Of a DNA stretch of 64,000 nt, positions 1-9,707 are shown one piece after another. The position numbers and the translations under genes are program-made. Each line of letters starts with the position of its first letter. Positions within the stretch are counted from its first letter, which is position 1. Origin of the DNA: a bacterium (GTDB taxonomy: Bacteria; RBG-13-61-14; DATKZS01); NCBI GenBank assembly GCA_963674965.2, contig CAXXFL010000001.1, forward strand, positions 1,280,001 through 1,344,000. Direction: 5' to 3'. Under the pieces are notes generated by a model. It ran no database searches. It had not been told where the DNA came from and saw only the letters and a list, made by a program, of their open reading frames with translations.

Positions 1-31
1 TTAAGAAAATCAGACCAAGTATTTTAATAGC

Positions 32-60
32 TTGACAATTTTATTTTATTTTGCTAAATT
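32..60 (+). promoter_or_regulatory. sigma70-type promoter (TTGACA-17 nt-TAAATT, extended -10 TG)
   Basis: TTGACA at 32-37, TG at 52-53 and TAAATT at 55-60, in an AT-rich region upstream of the first CDS. Confidence 0.7.
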
Positions 61-289
61 GATAGTAAGGTACAGGCAAGGTACATGCTATTAAGGGGAA
101 GAATCTCTATATTATTAACGAGCATCCCAATTAAGCGGGTTCTTTGCCTGGAAGCGGTTCAGTTATCAACCGGCGAAGGCGTGAAGTATTCGGGCTTTCG
201 CTCCTGGACGTTGAGGAGATGGCCGGTTCCCAGCCCCGGGAAGCGTCCGTCATCGTTAAGGCTGGGGGCACAAAAAAGGAGTGGGAGGC

Positions 290-1642
290 ATGAGTTCTAA
301 CCATAATAATGGGATCATAAGGCGTTTCGCGCCGCTGGGCATGGCTATCGTCCTGGCGGTAAGTCTCGGTTTCTTCGCGCAGTTGTCGTGCGGTCTTGGC
401 CAGTCCAGCGATTTCGGCAAGGACGACCTGGACGACACCTCGGCTGAAAACGCGCCCGTCTACGAGGGAGTGGCGGTTACCTTGACAGGCGACTCTCTGC
501 TCGGCGCCTTGGCCGTGGCCGACAACGGCGAGATCATGGCGGCTATAAACGATTATATTACGGACCCCAATACCGGCGCGGAATTGTTTGTCGGCTACAA
601 GGGCGTTATATGGTACGACCCGGCAAGCGGCAATTATTTCATACTCTATTACGATTCGGGATCACCGGTATTAAGTTACGTGGATCAATATCTGTTCTTT
701 ATGATGAACTTCTCCTCCATGGGCGTCGACATGGCCGTGCTCGAGCCGGAGTCCCTGGGTGGACAGATCGAGACGGCGCGGTCCACGCCCTACATGAGTT
801 TTCAGCTTTTCAACTCCTCCCGTTCAGCCTACAGCCTCTACTCATTAGGTGGAGTTTTCCGTAGCGCCGCCATCGGCATGAACCTTCACGCCTGCACCCT
901 CGAGTATTACGGGGGCGACAATTTCACCTCCATACCGGCTTACTATTACCCGTGCACCGAGGCCGCGCCCATTACGGGCCCTCAATCGGGCAATACTCTT
1001 ATCACCGGCAAGGCCGGAATGATCGCCTATCTTTCCCAGTTGGGCCCGGCTGACGAAACGGGACTTACCCTTACCAAAAGGGTGTTCGAGTCCGAGATGT
1101 GCACTACTCCCCTCGATGAATGCATCGAAGCCTATCTTGCGCAGGTCAGGCCCATAGTGCTGGACGCGAATACCGACGTAGGCGACGCCGGCATGACCCT
1201 TAGGTTGGCCCAGGGCTCCCTCGAGTACGGCTCGGGCGATATTCAGGTCACCCTGGCATGGGACACGGACACCGACGTTGACCTGCACGTATTCGATCCG
1301 AATTTCACCGGTACTGAAGCACCTGGGACCTCTGGGGACGGGCATATCTATTTCGCCCAGAAAACCGCCAACTCGGGCGGAAAGTTGGACGTTGACGATA
1401 TCAACGGATTAGGACCCGAAAATATCTATTGGAACGCGGGCGCCGCTATTAACGGCAACTACAGGGTCTACGTGTTTTACTGGTCTGATTACGTCGAACC
1501 CCCCGCCGCTATCACTACCAACTACAGGGTGCTGGTCAAGAGCGGAGAATACTTCAAAACCTTTGACGGAGACCTCCTCGTGGATGGAGCGGATTGGGAT
1601 TCTATCGTGACATTCCCCTGGCCCGCCGTTGCCTTTCCCTGA
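290..1642 (+). CDS. Exported/lipoprotein with C-terminal YfaP/DUF2135-like beta domain
   Basis: Hydrophobic signal ending ...AQLSC; C-terminal GDIQVTLAWDTDTDVDLHVFDP...LDVDDINGLGPENIYW motif; ATG at 290 follows AAGGAG (ORF track starts at 281). Confidence 0.7.
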   Translation: MSSNHNNGIIRRFAPLGMAIVLAVSLGFFAQLSCGLGQSSDFGKDDLDDTSAENAPVYEGVAVTLTGDSLLGALAVADNGEIMAAINDYITDPNTGAELFVGYKGVIWYDPASGNYFILYYDSGSPVLSYVDQYLFFMMNFSSMGVDMAVLEPESLGGQIETARSTPYMSFQLFNSSRSAYSLYSLGGVFRSAAIGMNLHACTLEYYGGDNFTSIPAYYYPCTEAAPITGPQSGNTLITGKAGMIAYLSQLGPADETGLTLTKRVFESEMCTTPLDECIEAYLAQVRPIVLDANTDVGDAGMTLRLAQGSLEYGSGDIQVTLAWDTDTDVDLHVFDPNFTGTEAPGTSGDGHIYFAQKTANSGGKLDVDDINGLGPENIYWNAGAAINGNYRVYVFYWSDYVEPPAAITTNYRVLVKSGEYFKTFDGDLLVDGADWDSIVTFPWPAVAFP

Positions 1643-1665
1643 TAATTAATAGCCACGAAAGAACC

Positions 1666-1700
1666 GGGGCGACGTCAACTGGCGCCGCCCCTTTTTTCTT
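1666..1700 (+). terminator. Rho-independent terminator
   Basis: GGGGCGACGTCA/TGGCGCCGCCCC stem (G-U pairs, one mismatch) followed by TTTTTT, between convergent genes. Confidence 0.75.
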
Positions 1701-1711
1701 CCGCCTCACGG

Positions 1712-2308
1712 CTAAAAAATTATCATTTCCTCGCCCGTCCAGATAACGGCCACGATCTTGGCCTCCTTGTCTCCATGGCGGGCCACGCGGTGGGGTATGT
1801 TCGAGTCGTAGTAAATCGAGTCTCCCTCTTTAAGTATCTCCGAGGCCTCGCCCAGGATGACCTCGATCTCCCCCTCGAGCACGAAGATGAACTCCTCCCC
1901 CGCGTGCTGGTTAAGGTCGGTCTGGGGGACCTCCGCCTCCGTAAGGGTAACCACGAAGGGCTCCATTTTCCTGTTCTTCTTGGCGAAACCCAGGGCCTCG
2001 TAGGAGTAGCCGTAGCTAAGGCCCTCGGTGGAGGCGAACCTGCTGGCGACGGGACGGTCGTCTCGACGCACGAGGCAAAAAGGAGACTCGGCCTGGTCGG
2101 AAAAAAACATGCCCGTGGGTATCCCCATGGCCTTGGCCAGCCGAATAAGAGTTCCAAGCGGAGGCGATACCATATGGTTCTCAATCTGGGAAAGCACCGA
2201 GCTGGAGATGCCGCTTCGTTTGGCGACTTCGTCCAGGCTAAGGGCCTTATCCTCTCTTAAAAGTTTAATCCTCTCGCCAACTTTGACCTCATCGCGGGGG
2301 TTGGACAT
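1712..2308 (-). CDS. XRE-family transcriptional regulator with cupin sensor domain
   Basis: N-terminal HTH (LSLDEVAKRSGISSSVLSQIEN); cupin motifs HAGEEFIFVLEG and GDSIYYDSNIPH. Confidence 0.92.
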   Translation of the reverse strand: MSNPRDEVKVGERIKLLREDKALSLDEVAKRSGISSSVLSQIENHMVSPPLGTLIRLAKAMGIPTGMFFSDQAESPFCLVRRDDRPVASRFASTEGLSYGYSYEALGFAKKNRKMEPFVVTLTEAEVPQTDLNQHAGEEFIFVLEGEIEVILGEASEILKEGDSIYYDSNIPHRVARHGDKEAKIVAVIWTGEEMIIF

Positions 2309-2371
2309 GGTAAACCTCCATTGGACAAAAAGTGTTGATTCGGCGGGTCCGGGTTTTTAAACGGAGCCGCG

Positions 2372-2920
2372 CTATTTCCCGTTGTTGCAAAGCTCGAGGC
2401 CCTTGCCGATGGCCTCCATGTTCTTGGGAATGAACTTCCTGTTGCGCTCGGACAACGCCGCGGCCATGCCTTCCTCGATAGACTCGACCTTGACCGCGCC
2501 GGTCCGGCCCACGTAAAGGCCAAGGGCGATCATGTTCGCAAGACGCGTGTTCCCCATCTCGGCGGCCATCTCGTTGAAGGGATGGGCCTCCAGTATAACG
2601 TCCTTTCTCGTCATCATCGAGGCCGGCACCAGGGAGCCGTTAACGATAAGAAGACCATCGGGCAACACCTTGCCCTCGTACAGCCTGAAAGCCTTGGTGC
2701 TCATGGTGATCATGGCCTGGGGGGTAGTGACCGCCGGGCTTCCAACTGGAAGGTCCGACATAACGACCGTGCAGTTGGCGTTTCCACCCCGCATCTCGAC
2801 CCCGTAGCTGGGCAAAAAAGTAACCTCGCGTCCCTCGGCCAGGGCCGCCTCCGCGATGATGTTGCCTATCAGCAAAATTCCCTGACCGCCGTCGCCGGCA
2901 ATAAACACGTCGTTTATCAT
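2372..2920 (-). CDS. 2-oxoacid:ferredoxin oxidoreductase gamma subunit
   Basis: AGDGGQG, PSYGVEMRGG and ANMIALG motifs; operon context. Confidence 0.92.
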   Translation of the reverse strand: MINDVFIAGDGGQGILLIGNIIAEAALAEGREVTFLPSYGVEMRGGNANCTVVMSDLPVGSPAVTTPQAMITMSTKAFRLYEGKVLPDGLLIVNGSLVPASMMTRKDVILEAHPFNEMAAEMGNTRLANMIALGLYVGRTGAVKVESIEEGMAAALSERNRKFIPKNMEAIGKGLELCNNGK

Positions 2921-2959
2921 GCTTCTTCTCCGATCCTGGACCTTTCCCGCCGGGCCTTC

Positions 2960-3739
2960 CTAGAGGTGCTCGGCTTCCTTTTTATCCTTAAATACTCCCA
3001 GCGGGAAATAAGGTATCATCTCTTCGGCAACCCTTTCCATGGCCCGGGCGGGCGTCATGCCCCAGTCGGTGGGACAGGCGGACAAGACCTCGACGAAGCC
3101 AAAGCCGTCCCTTTCCACCTGGGCCTCGAAGGCCTGGAAGATAAGCTTCCTGGCCCGTTTCAGGTTGGCCGGCTTATTCACGGCGGCCCGGGCCACGAAG
3201 GACGGCCCCTCCATGACGGCGAGAATCTCGCACATCCGCATGGGGTATCCGGCCCCGTGCCAGTCCCGTCCGTAAGGAGACGTCGTTGTCACCTGGCCGA
3301 GCAAGGTTGTGGGCGCCATCTGGCCTCCCGTCATGCCGTAGGTGGTGTTGTTGACGAAGACCACGGTCATTTTCTCGCCTCGGTTGGCGGCGTGGATAAT
3401 CTCGGCCGTGCCGATGGCCGCCAGGTCTCCGTCTCCCTGGTATGTGAACACGTACTTGTCAGGGAGGGCCCTTCTAAGTCCCGTGGCCACCGCCGGCGCC
3501 CGGCCGTGAGGGGCCTCGACCACGTCGGTCTTGATATAGTTGTAAAGGAAAACCGAGCAGCCCACGCTGGCGGCGCCTACCGTCCTTTCACGGATACCGA
3601 AATGATCGATGGCCTCGGCCACCAGACGATGGATTATCCCGTGGTTGCAGCCGGGGCAAAAGTGGGTGGGAACGTCGCAAAGCGACTCGGGACGAGGGTT
3701 CTTAAGTTTCAAGGCGGTTTCGCTCATTTTCTTCTCCAT
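2960..3739 (-). CDS. 2-oxoacid:ferredoxin oxidoreductase beta (TPP-binding) subunit
   Basis: [28 protein letters not shown] and SACPTDW motifs. Confidence 0.93.
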   Translation of the reverse strand: MEKKMSETALKLKNPRPESLCDVPTHFCPGCNHGIIHRLVAEAIDHFGIRERTVGAASVGCSVFLYNYIKTDVVEAPHGRAPAVATGLRRALPDKYVFTYQGDGDLAAIGTAEIIHAANRGEKMTVVFVNNTTYGMTGGQMAPTTLLGQVTTTSPYGRDWHGAGYPMRMCEILAVMEGPSFVARAAVNKPANLKRARKLIFQAFEAQVERDGFGFVEVLSACPTDWGMTPARAMERVAEEMIPYFPLGVFKDKKEAEHL

Positions 3740-3755
3740 GGCCGGGACCTAAAAG

Positions 3756-4823
3756 TCATCCCGGATAGGCCTCCATGATCTCGTGATAAATATCGTCCGG
3801 CGTGGGAAGAGAACCCGCGCCGTTGGGCCGGCCGTAAAAATTGATCTTAGCCTTCCTGCCCGCCGACATACGAACGTCCTCCAGGAGTTGGCCCGTGCTA
3901 AGCTCGGTGACCAAAAAGGTCTTGCCCGCGTCGGCAAGCTCGGCGATGGCGTCCTCCGGGAAAGGGCAGATAGTGATGGGCCGAAGCAGGCCGACCTTTT
4001 TTCCCTCGGATCGCGCCCGGTCGATCGAGGTCTTGCTGATCCGGGCGGGGCTGCCGAAGGCGACCACCACCAACTCGGCGTCGTCGAGTTTATACCTCTC
4101 GAAGCGAGTCTCCTTGTCCTTGATTTCCAGGAACTTTTTATGCAGCTTCCAGCAATGGGCCTCGAGCTCGCCCTCCCCAAGGTAAAGGGACTTGACCACG
4201 CGAGGGTCCCTGCCCTCGGCGCCCGTCGTAATCCAATCCTTTCCCGGCAGGGGCGGGAACTCGGGCGCGCTCGTGTCAACGGCTTCCTTCATCTGACCGA
4301 GCATGGCGTCGGCCAGAACGATAACGGGCGTACGGTAGCGCTGGGAAAGGTCGAAGGCGAGAATGGTATGGTCCCACATCTCCTGGACCGACGCCGGCGC
4401 CAGCGCGGGAGTGCGGTAATCCCCGTGGCCGCCGCCCCGGGTGGCCTGGAAATAGTCTCCCTGGCTGGGTGAGATGCCTCCCAGGCCGGGACCCGAGCGC
4501 TGAACGTTAACGATAACGCCCGGCACCTCCGAGCCAGCCATGTAAGAGATACCCTCCTGCATTAATGATATGCCGGGGCCCGAGCTGGAGGTCATGACCT
4601 TGACCCCAGCGCTGCCCGCGCCCAGCAGCATGTTGATCGAGGCCACCTCGCTCTCGGCCTGAAGAAAAACGCCGCCAAGCTTTGGAAAGGCCCGGCTTAA
4701 ATACTCGGGTATCTCGGACTGGGGAGTGATCGGGTAGCCGAAATAATAGCGGCAGCCGGCCTCGATGGCCGCCATGGCGACGGCGTCGTTGCCCTTGATA
4801 AGTTTCTTTTTCTTTTTGTCCAT
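3756..4823 (-). CDS. vorB: 2-oxoacid (2-oxoisovalerate-type) ferredoxin oxidoreductase alpha subunit
   Basis: GYPITPQSE, QAESEVA, TSSSGPG, RSGPGLG and SQGDY motifs typical of the VorB subgroup. Confidence 0.9.
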   Translation of the reverse strand: MDKKKKKLIKGNDAVAMAAIEAGCRYYFGYPITPQSEIPEYLSRAFPKLGGVFLQAESEVASINMLLGAGSAGVKVMTSSSGPGISLMQEGISYMAGSEVPGVIVNVQRSGPGLGGISPSQGDYFQATRGGGHGDYRTPALAPASVQEMWDHTILAFDLSQRYRTPVIVLADAMLGQMKEAVDTSAPEFPPLPGKDWITTGAEGRDPRVVKSLYLGEGELEAHCWKLHKKFLEIKDKETRFERYKLDDAELVVVAFGSPARISKTSIDRARSEGKKVGLLRPITICPFPEDAIAELADAGKTFLVTELSTGQLLEDVRMSAGRKAKINFYGRPNGAGSLPTPDDIYHEIMEAYPG

Positions 4824-4876
4824 CCGGTTCCACCAAAATTTTTATCGATTATTAGGCAAGAGGAAAAGGACCGGGC

Positions 4877-5080
4877 CTACTTATAGACCTCGATGGCCGT
4901 GTCCGGGCACATGTCGGCGCAGACGCCGCAACCGGTGCATTCTTCCTCGTTGTCCTGGCGGCAGAAGAAATAACCAGAGGAGTTCATCTCGTCTCCTATT
5001 ACCAGGCAGCCCTTGGTGCAAAAGGTCACGCAAAGGCCGCATTCCTTGCACCTCTCCTTGTTAATCAAAACCTTCGCCAT
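4877..5080 (-). CDS. 2x[4Fe-4S] ferredoxin (oxidoreductase delta subunit)
   Basis: CKECGLCVTFC and CTGCGVCADMCP. Confidence 0.93.
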   Translation of the reverse strand: MAKVLINKERCKECGLCVTFCTKGCLVIGDEMNSSGYFFCRQDNEEECTGCGVCADMCPDTAIEVYK

Positions 5081-5190
5081 ATTGATTCCCTATTATTATC
5101 TTTATTGCATTATCCGAACGTTATAGAAAAGCTCGGCGTCACGGCGGCTTTTGGTTTCGGACCAGACGGTAAACCGACGGGTTAATGATA

Positions 5191-6396
5191 TCAGGAAAAT
5201 ACTTGGCTTTCCAAAAGAAGCGGGGCCGAAAGAGTCTCGGCCGACCGGGTCGCCGCGTTTTTCTCGTTAAAACCGCCTTGATGGGCGGGGCCCTGGGCCA
5301 GGTCATCTCTCGAGGCCACGGCGTAGGGGACCGCCCCTCCCCGGTGGCCCCTTTCCCTGACCGGCGTTTCGTGGTCGGGAAGGAGAAGGACCCTGTAGTC
5401 GTCGAATTTTGTCAGCCCCTCGAGCACCGTTCCCACCGCTCTTTTATCGAAATCCTCGATGGCCTTGATTTTCAGGTCCAGGTCTCCCTCGTGCCCGGCC
5501 TCGTCCGGGGCCTCGACGTGAAGAAATACAAAGTCCACTTCCTCGAGCACCTCGAGAACGGCCATGGCCTTGCCCTCATAGTCGGTATCCACGTAGCCCG
5601 TCGCGCCGGGGACCTCGACTATCTTCATCTTCAACATGCGGGCCAGCCCTCGAATGAGGTCAACTCCCGTGACCACGGCGCTCGAAAGCCCGTGCCTCTC
5701 TGAAAAGGGCGGCAGGGCCGCGGGCCGGCCCATGCCCCAGAACCAGACGCCGTTAATCGGAGGCTTGCCCAATTTCTTTCTCGCCTGGTTGACGGGATGG
5801 TCCTTTAAAAGGTCGATGGCCTTTTGCTGAAGACCCTCGATGAATTCTCCGCCCGGGCCAGAGGGAGCAATGTCCCGTATAGGCTTTCCCGCGTAGTCGT
5901 GAGGCGGCTTTAAGTCGGGGGAACCGTCAAAGCCCGTCACGAGGCACAGGTTTCTGAAACTTACTCCGGGCACGAACTTGACGTCCTTGCCCGCCATCAT
6001 GGTCTTGATGGTCTCGATGATGGCCCTTTGTTCGTCCCAGGTGGGATGGCCGCCGCTGTAATCGGCCATAACAAGCTCGCCGTCCTTGTGGGCCAGGCTG
6101 ACAAGGTTCATACGAAAGGCCACTTGCCCGGGCTTGAGAGTTATGCCCAGAGCGGCGGCCTCGATGGCCGCCCGGCCCGTGTAGTACATATCCGGGTCGA
6201 AGCCCAATATGGACATGTTCGCCACGTCGCTGCCCGGTTCCATACCGGCGGGCACCGTCTCGACCAGGCCCAGCCGGCCCGAGTCGGCGATCAGGTCCAT
6301 GTTAGGAGTATCGGCCAACTCGAGAGGCGTTTTGTTGTCCCGTTCGGATTGGGGGTCGTCGGCCATGCCGTCGCCCAGTAATACAATGTATTTCAT
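5191..6396 (-). CDS. apgM: Cofactor-independent phosphoglycerate mutase, archaeal-type
   Basis: Starts MKYIVLLGDGMAD (ATG at 6396); PGSDVAN, HVEAPDEAGH and PDHETP motifs. Confidence 0.9.
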   Translation of the reverse strand: MKYIVLLGDGMADDPQSERDNKTPLELADTPNMDLIADSGRLGLVETVPAGMEPGSDVANMSILGFDPDMYYTGRAAIEAAALGITLKPGQVAFRMNLVSLAHKDGELVMADYSGGHPTWDEQRAIIETIKTMMAGKDVKFVPGVSFRNLCLVTGFDGSPDLKPPHDYAGKPIRDIAPSGPGGEFIEGLQQKAIDLLKDHPVNQARKKLGKPPINGVWFWGMGRPAALPPFSERHGLSSAVVTGVDLIRGLARMLKMKIVEVPGATGYVDTDYEGKAMAVLEVLEEVDFVFLHVEAPDEAGHEGDLDLKIKAIEDFDKRAVGTVLEGLTKFDDYRVLLLPDHETPVRERGHRGGAVPYAVASRDDLAQGPAHQGGFNEKNAATRSAETLSAPLLLESQVFS

Positions 6397-6542
6397 TACA
6401 GGTACCAGGACCGCCTTTATCAATAAGATAAGATCGATTATCAAGTATAGCGTTATTGTCGTGATTTCGCCAGCTTGGAACTTTCATTCTCGCCGTCCCT
6501 CCGGGATGGTCCCTTCGGACGGCCCATAAATAACGCGGTTAA

Positions 6543-7886
6543 CTATCGATATCCGATGGAGGCGGTTAGGGTCGGGGTCTCGTGAATTTTTCCGGCCGCC
6601 AGGATCGAGTCCATTTTCGCGCCCACCGCCATGGCGACTACTCGTCCGCTTCCTTTTGGCGTCTTCAGCGCGTATCCGGCGGGGATGGGGACCCAGCCCT
6701 TTTCTATGGGCTTTGTCCAGCCGGGGTTATATAGGACCAGCATCCGGGGCTCCATTCCGATCTTCCTTGAAAGCTCGGCCAGGGTATAAGCCCGGGGAAG
6801 CTTCACCAGATCGTAGCTGGAGGGATCGGGAGCATAAGATTTGATCTTATTTCCCGCGATAATTTTCTCCGCCCGGATAACGCCCAGAAGCCTGGCGTAA
6901 AAGTTCTCGACCGCGTAACCGAAGGCCGCGTGATTGTAGCGATCCAAGACCTCGATCAAGGTGTCGGACCCGGTCCTTTTTACGGCCCGGGCCATGCGGT
7001 TGGTTCCCGCGTTGTAGGCCGTGACCGCCAGGGGCCAAGACCCGAGACGCTCATGGCCGTCCGCGAGGATGTCCGCCGCCATCTCCGCGCCTTTAAGCGG
7101 ATTTCGCCTCTCGTCGATCACGTCGTTGATGACCATGCGGGGACGGGCCGTCCCATAGAGTATCTGCCACGCGCCGGCGGCGCCCCTGCTCGAGAGCGCG
7201 TCCCGATCGAACATGCTCTCAACGTAAACCAGCCGGGTCAGGGAAGCGGGCATGCCGCGCCTGGTAAAAGTCCTTTCCATGGCGGGCATGTAGGGGGCCG
7301 CCCTGGTAATGGCGGACTCGAGCTCGTTGCGTCGGCCGCGAAGAACGCCGATGGCCCCGCTCCGAGCGGCCAGGGCGAAGCGGTCGCGTCCGGGCACGCG
7401 GTCGAATTTATGGTAGAGTTTTAAAAGCTCCTCGGCGTCGCTCTTTTCACGGATCGCGGCGACGGGGTCTGGACAGTGGTTGACCACGTCGTGAAGAACG
7501 TAAAGTCTCGCTCGAAGCCTGGCCAGGGCGCGGTCTTTTCCGCGCGGCCGGTCGGACACGTCGAAATAGATTATGGATGGGTGGTCGCGGTTGAACGCGA
7601 TTAAACGAGAATGGTCGTATTTTCCGTAAACGGCCTCCCAAAGCCTCACTTTTTCGCGGAGCTCGCGAGGAAGGGGAAGCCCGTCCACCTTGTCGGCCGC
7701 CATAATGAAAGCGGCTTCGGCCTCGAGAGAATCGACCAGCTTCCCATCCGGTCTTAGGGGAACCGCCATCGAGGCCGAACCGACGGCGTGCTTTACAACC
7801 GCCCTGGCGTCCGGCCGGGAGGCGTCAAGCCCGAAGGCCAGCAAAGCCGCGGCGATGGCCAGTATGATTCTGGTTTTAATTCTCAT
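6543..7886 (-). CDS. Lytic transglycosylase (SLT domain, MltD-like)
   Basis: Signal peptide; YVESMF catalytic Glu motif, GAAGAWQ, AVTAYNAG; possible degenerate LysM near the C-terminus. Confidence 0.85.
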   Translation of the reverse strand: MRIKTRIILAIAAALLAFGLDASRPDARAVVKHAVGSASMAVPLRPDGKLVDSLEAEAAFIMAADKVDGLPLPRELREKVRLWEAVYGKYDHSRLIAFNRDHPSIIYFDVSDRPRGKDRALARLRARLYVLHDVVNHCPDPVAAIREKSDAEELLKLYHKFDRVPGRDRFALAARSGAIGVLRGRRNELESAITRAAPYMPAMERTFTRRGMPASLTRLVYVESMFDRDALSSRGAAGAWQILYGTARPRMVINDVIDERRNPLKGAEMAADILADGHERLGSWPLAVTAYNAGTNRMARAVKRTGSDTLIEVLDRYNHAAFGYAVENFYARLLGVIRAEKIIAGNKIKSYAPDPSSYDLVKLPRAYTLAELSRKIGMEPRMLVLYNPGWTKPIEKGWVPIPAGYALKTPKGSGRVVAMAVGAKMDSILAAGKIHETPTLTASIGYR

Positions 7887-8042
7887 ATAATGGTTTCGTC
7901 GGCCAGGGGAAGATATAATAATTTTGTCTTCGACGTAAGGCGCGATCTTCGAGCGTGGCGGCGGCTGGCTTTCGAACTTGTAACAATCGCGGCGAACGGG
8001 AGCTCGTCGTGGAATACCCCTTGCAATTTAGAGATTAAGCTC

Positions 8043-9584
8043 ATGCGACTAGGTTTGTCAAGTAACTCGATTAAATTACTGGCCTGTATATTGCTGGTCG
8101 GGTCCTGTTCCCAGGCTAAAGACCAAAAAGGCCCGGACAGGACAATAACGGTCGGCCTGGAAGGTACCCCAAAAATACTGGACAGCCGCCTGGCCATGGA
8201 CGCCTATTCCTCCCGAATCCTGCCCCTTATCTACGAGGGACTGGTAAGGGTGGACCAAAACGGAGAGCCGACGCCCCGCTTGGCCGAGTATTGGGAAAAC
8301 CCCGACCCCCTTACCTATATATTCCATTTGCGCAGAGGAAGGCGCTGCCCGGACGGGACCGAGATAAAGGCGAAAGACGTTAAATACACTCTTCTCAGCC
8401 TGGGAGACCCCGACCTCAAATCTCCCCGCAAATACGTTTTCAACAGGATCGCCTCGGTCGAGACGGATGGCGACTGCGCGGTAAAGATAACTCTAAAGGA
8501 AGTCTACGCCCCCATCTTGACCGAGCTTAACTTCGGGATCGTGCCCGAGGCCGCCGCCGGCTTGGAGTCCTTTCGGGAAAAGCCCTTCGGCTCGGGACCC
8601 TTCATGGTCGAGTCCTTCGAGCCGGGCGAGGGGGTCATATTGTCGCCCAACCCCCATTACGCCGGCGAGAAGCCGACCATGGACCGCGTTGTCTTCCGCG
8701 TGCTCCAGGACCCGGTCACCAGGGTCATGGCCCTCGAGAGCGGGGAGGTGGACCTTTTGCAGAACTCCGTGCCCCCCGACGACCTCGCGCTCTTACGGGA
8801 AAACCCGAAGATAGAGGTCATAGTCGAGCCGGGCATCAACTACAATTATATCGGGTTCAACCTCGAGGACCCCATCTTGAAAAAGCGGGAGGTCAGGCGG
8901 GCCATCGCCCACGCCATCGACAGGGAGAGCCTGGCCGGGTGCCTTTTAAAAGGCACGGTGGACCCGGCCTCCGGCCTTCTCGCGCCTTCCAACTGGGCTT
9001 ATAACGGCGCCGTCGAGGTTTACGAGTACGACCCCGAGCTGGCCCGCCGGATTCTGGACGAGGCCGGGTACGAGGACCCCGACGGAGAAGGGCCGCTTCC
9101 CCGCTTCGAGCTGGTCTATAAAACCAGCACCGACAAGACGCGCCGGTGGGTGGCCGAGGCGGTCGCATATCAACTTGGACTGGTTGGGATCGAGGTCGAG
9201 ACCAGGTCGCACGAGTGGGGAACTTTTTACGAGGACATAAAAGCCGGCCGCTTCCAGATGTACTCTCTTAGCTGGGTGGGAATTACCGAGCCGGACATAT
9301 ATCACTTCGCCCTGCACTCGGACAGCGTTCCTCCCTCGGGCGGCAACAGGAACCGCTACCGGAACAAAGAAATGGACGCGCTTCTCGACCGGGGCAGACT
9401 GGTAACGGACGCGGCCGAGCGCCGCCGGATTTACGGCGAGGTCCAGGCCATCGCGGCCAGGGACCTGCCATATATAAGTCTTTGGTACGCCCGCAACGTG
9501 GTGGCCATGGACGGAAGGCTTTCCGGCTTCAAGATATACCCGGGCGGCGACTACGAGTCGCTGGCGTGGATGACCCGCCGCTGA
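8043..9584 (+). CDS. Peptide/nickel ABC transporter substrate-binding protein (family 5)
   Basis: IYEGLV, PRLAEYW, GSGPF and VRRAIAHAIDR motifs; lipoprotein-like signal LLVGSC; start at 8043 inferred (ORF track starts at 7788). Confidence 0.88.
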   Translation: MRLGLSSNSIKLLACILLVGSCSQAKDQKGPDRTITVGLEGTPKILDSRLAMDAYSSRILPLIYEGLVRVDQNGEPTPRLAEYWENPDPLTYIFHLRRGRRCPDGTEIKAKDVKYTLLSLGDPDLKSPRKYVFNRIASVETDGDCAVKITLKEVYAPILTELNFGIVPEAAAGLESFREKPFGSGPFMVESFEPGEGVILSPNPHYAGEKPTMDRVVFRVLQDPVTRVMALESGEVDLLQNSVPPDDLALLRENPKIEVIVEPGINYNYIGFNLEDPILKKREVRRAIAHAIDRESLAGCLLKGTVDPASGLLAPSNWAYNGAVEVYEYDPELARRILDEAGYEDPDGEGPLPRFELVYKTSTDKTRRWVAEAVAYQLGLVGIEVETRSHEWGTFYEDIKAGRFQMYSLSWVGITEPDIYHFALHSDSVPPSGGNRNRYRNKEMDALLDRGRLVTDAAERRRIYGEVQAIAARDLPYISLWYARNVVAMDGRLSGFKIYPGGDYESLAWMTRR

Positions 9585-9707
9585 AGAGGCTCTCTTTCAC
9601 TTCCGAGCGCTTTTCGGGCAAAACCTTTCTCTCCGATTTCCTTGGCCAATCCCGGCTTTTGTTCGTCCGTATTGCATGACTCGAAGAATCAAGATATATT
9701 TTGGGCC

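Noticed and set aside
60-289. Known riboswitch (c-di-GMP-I, cobalamin, TPP, SAM)
   Set aside because: Conserved core motifs not recognised; kept only as an unclassified structured-leader candidate
8043-9584. Orphan ABC substrate-binding protein as a novel system
   Set aside because: Solo family-5 binding proteins are common and the permeases are probably encoded elsewhere
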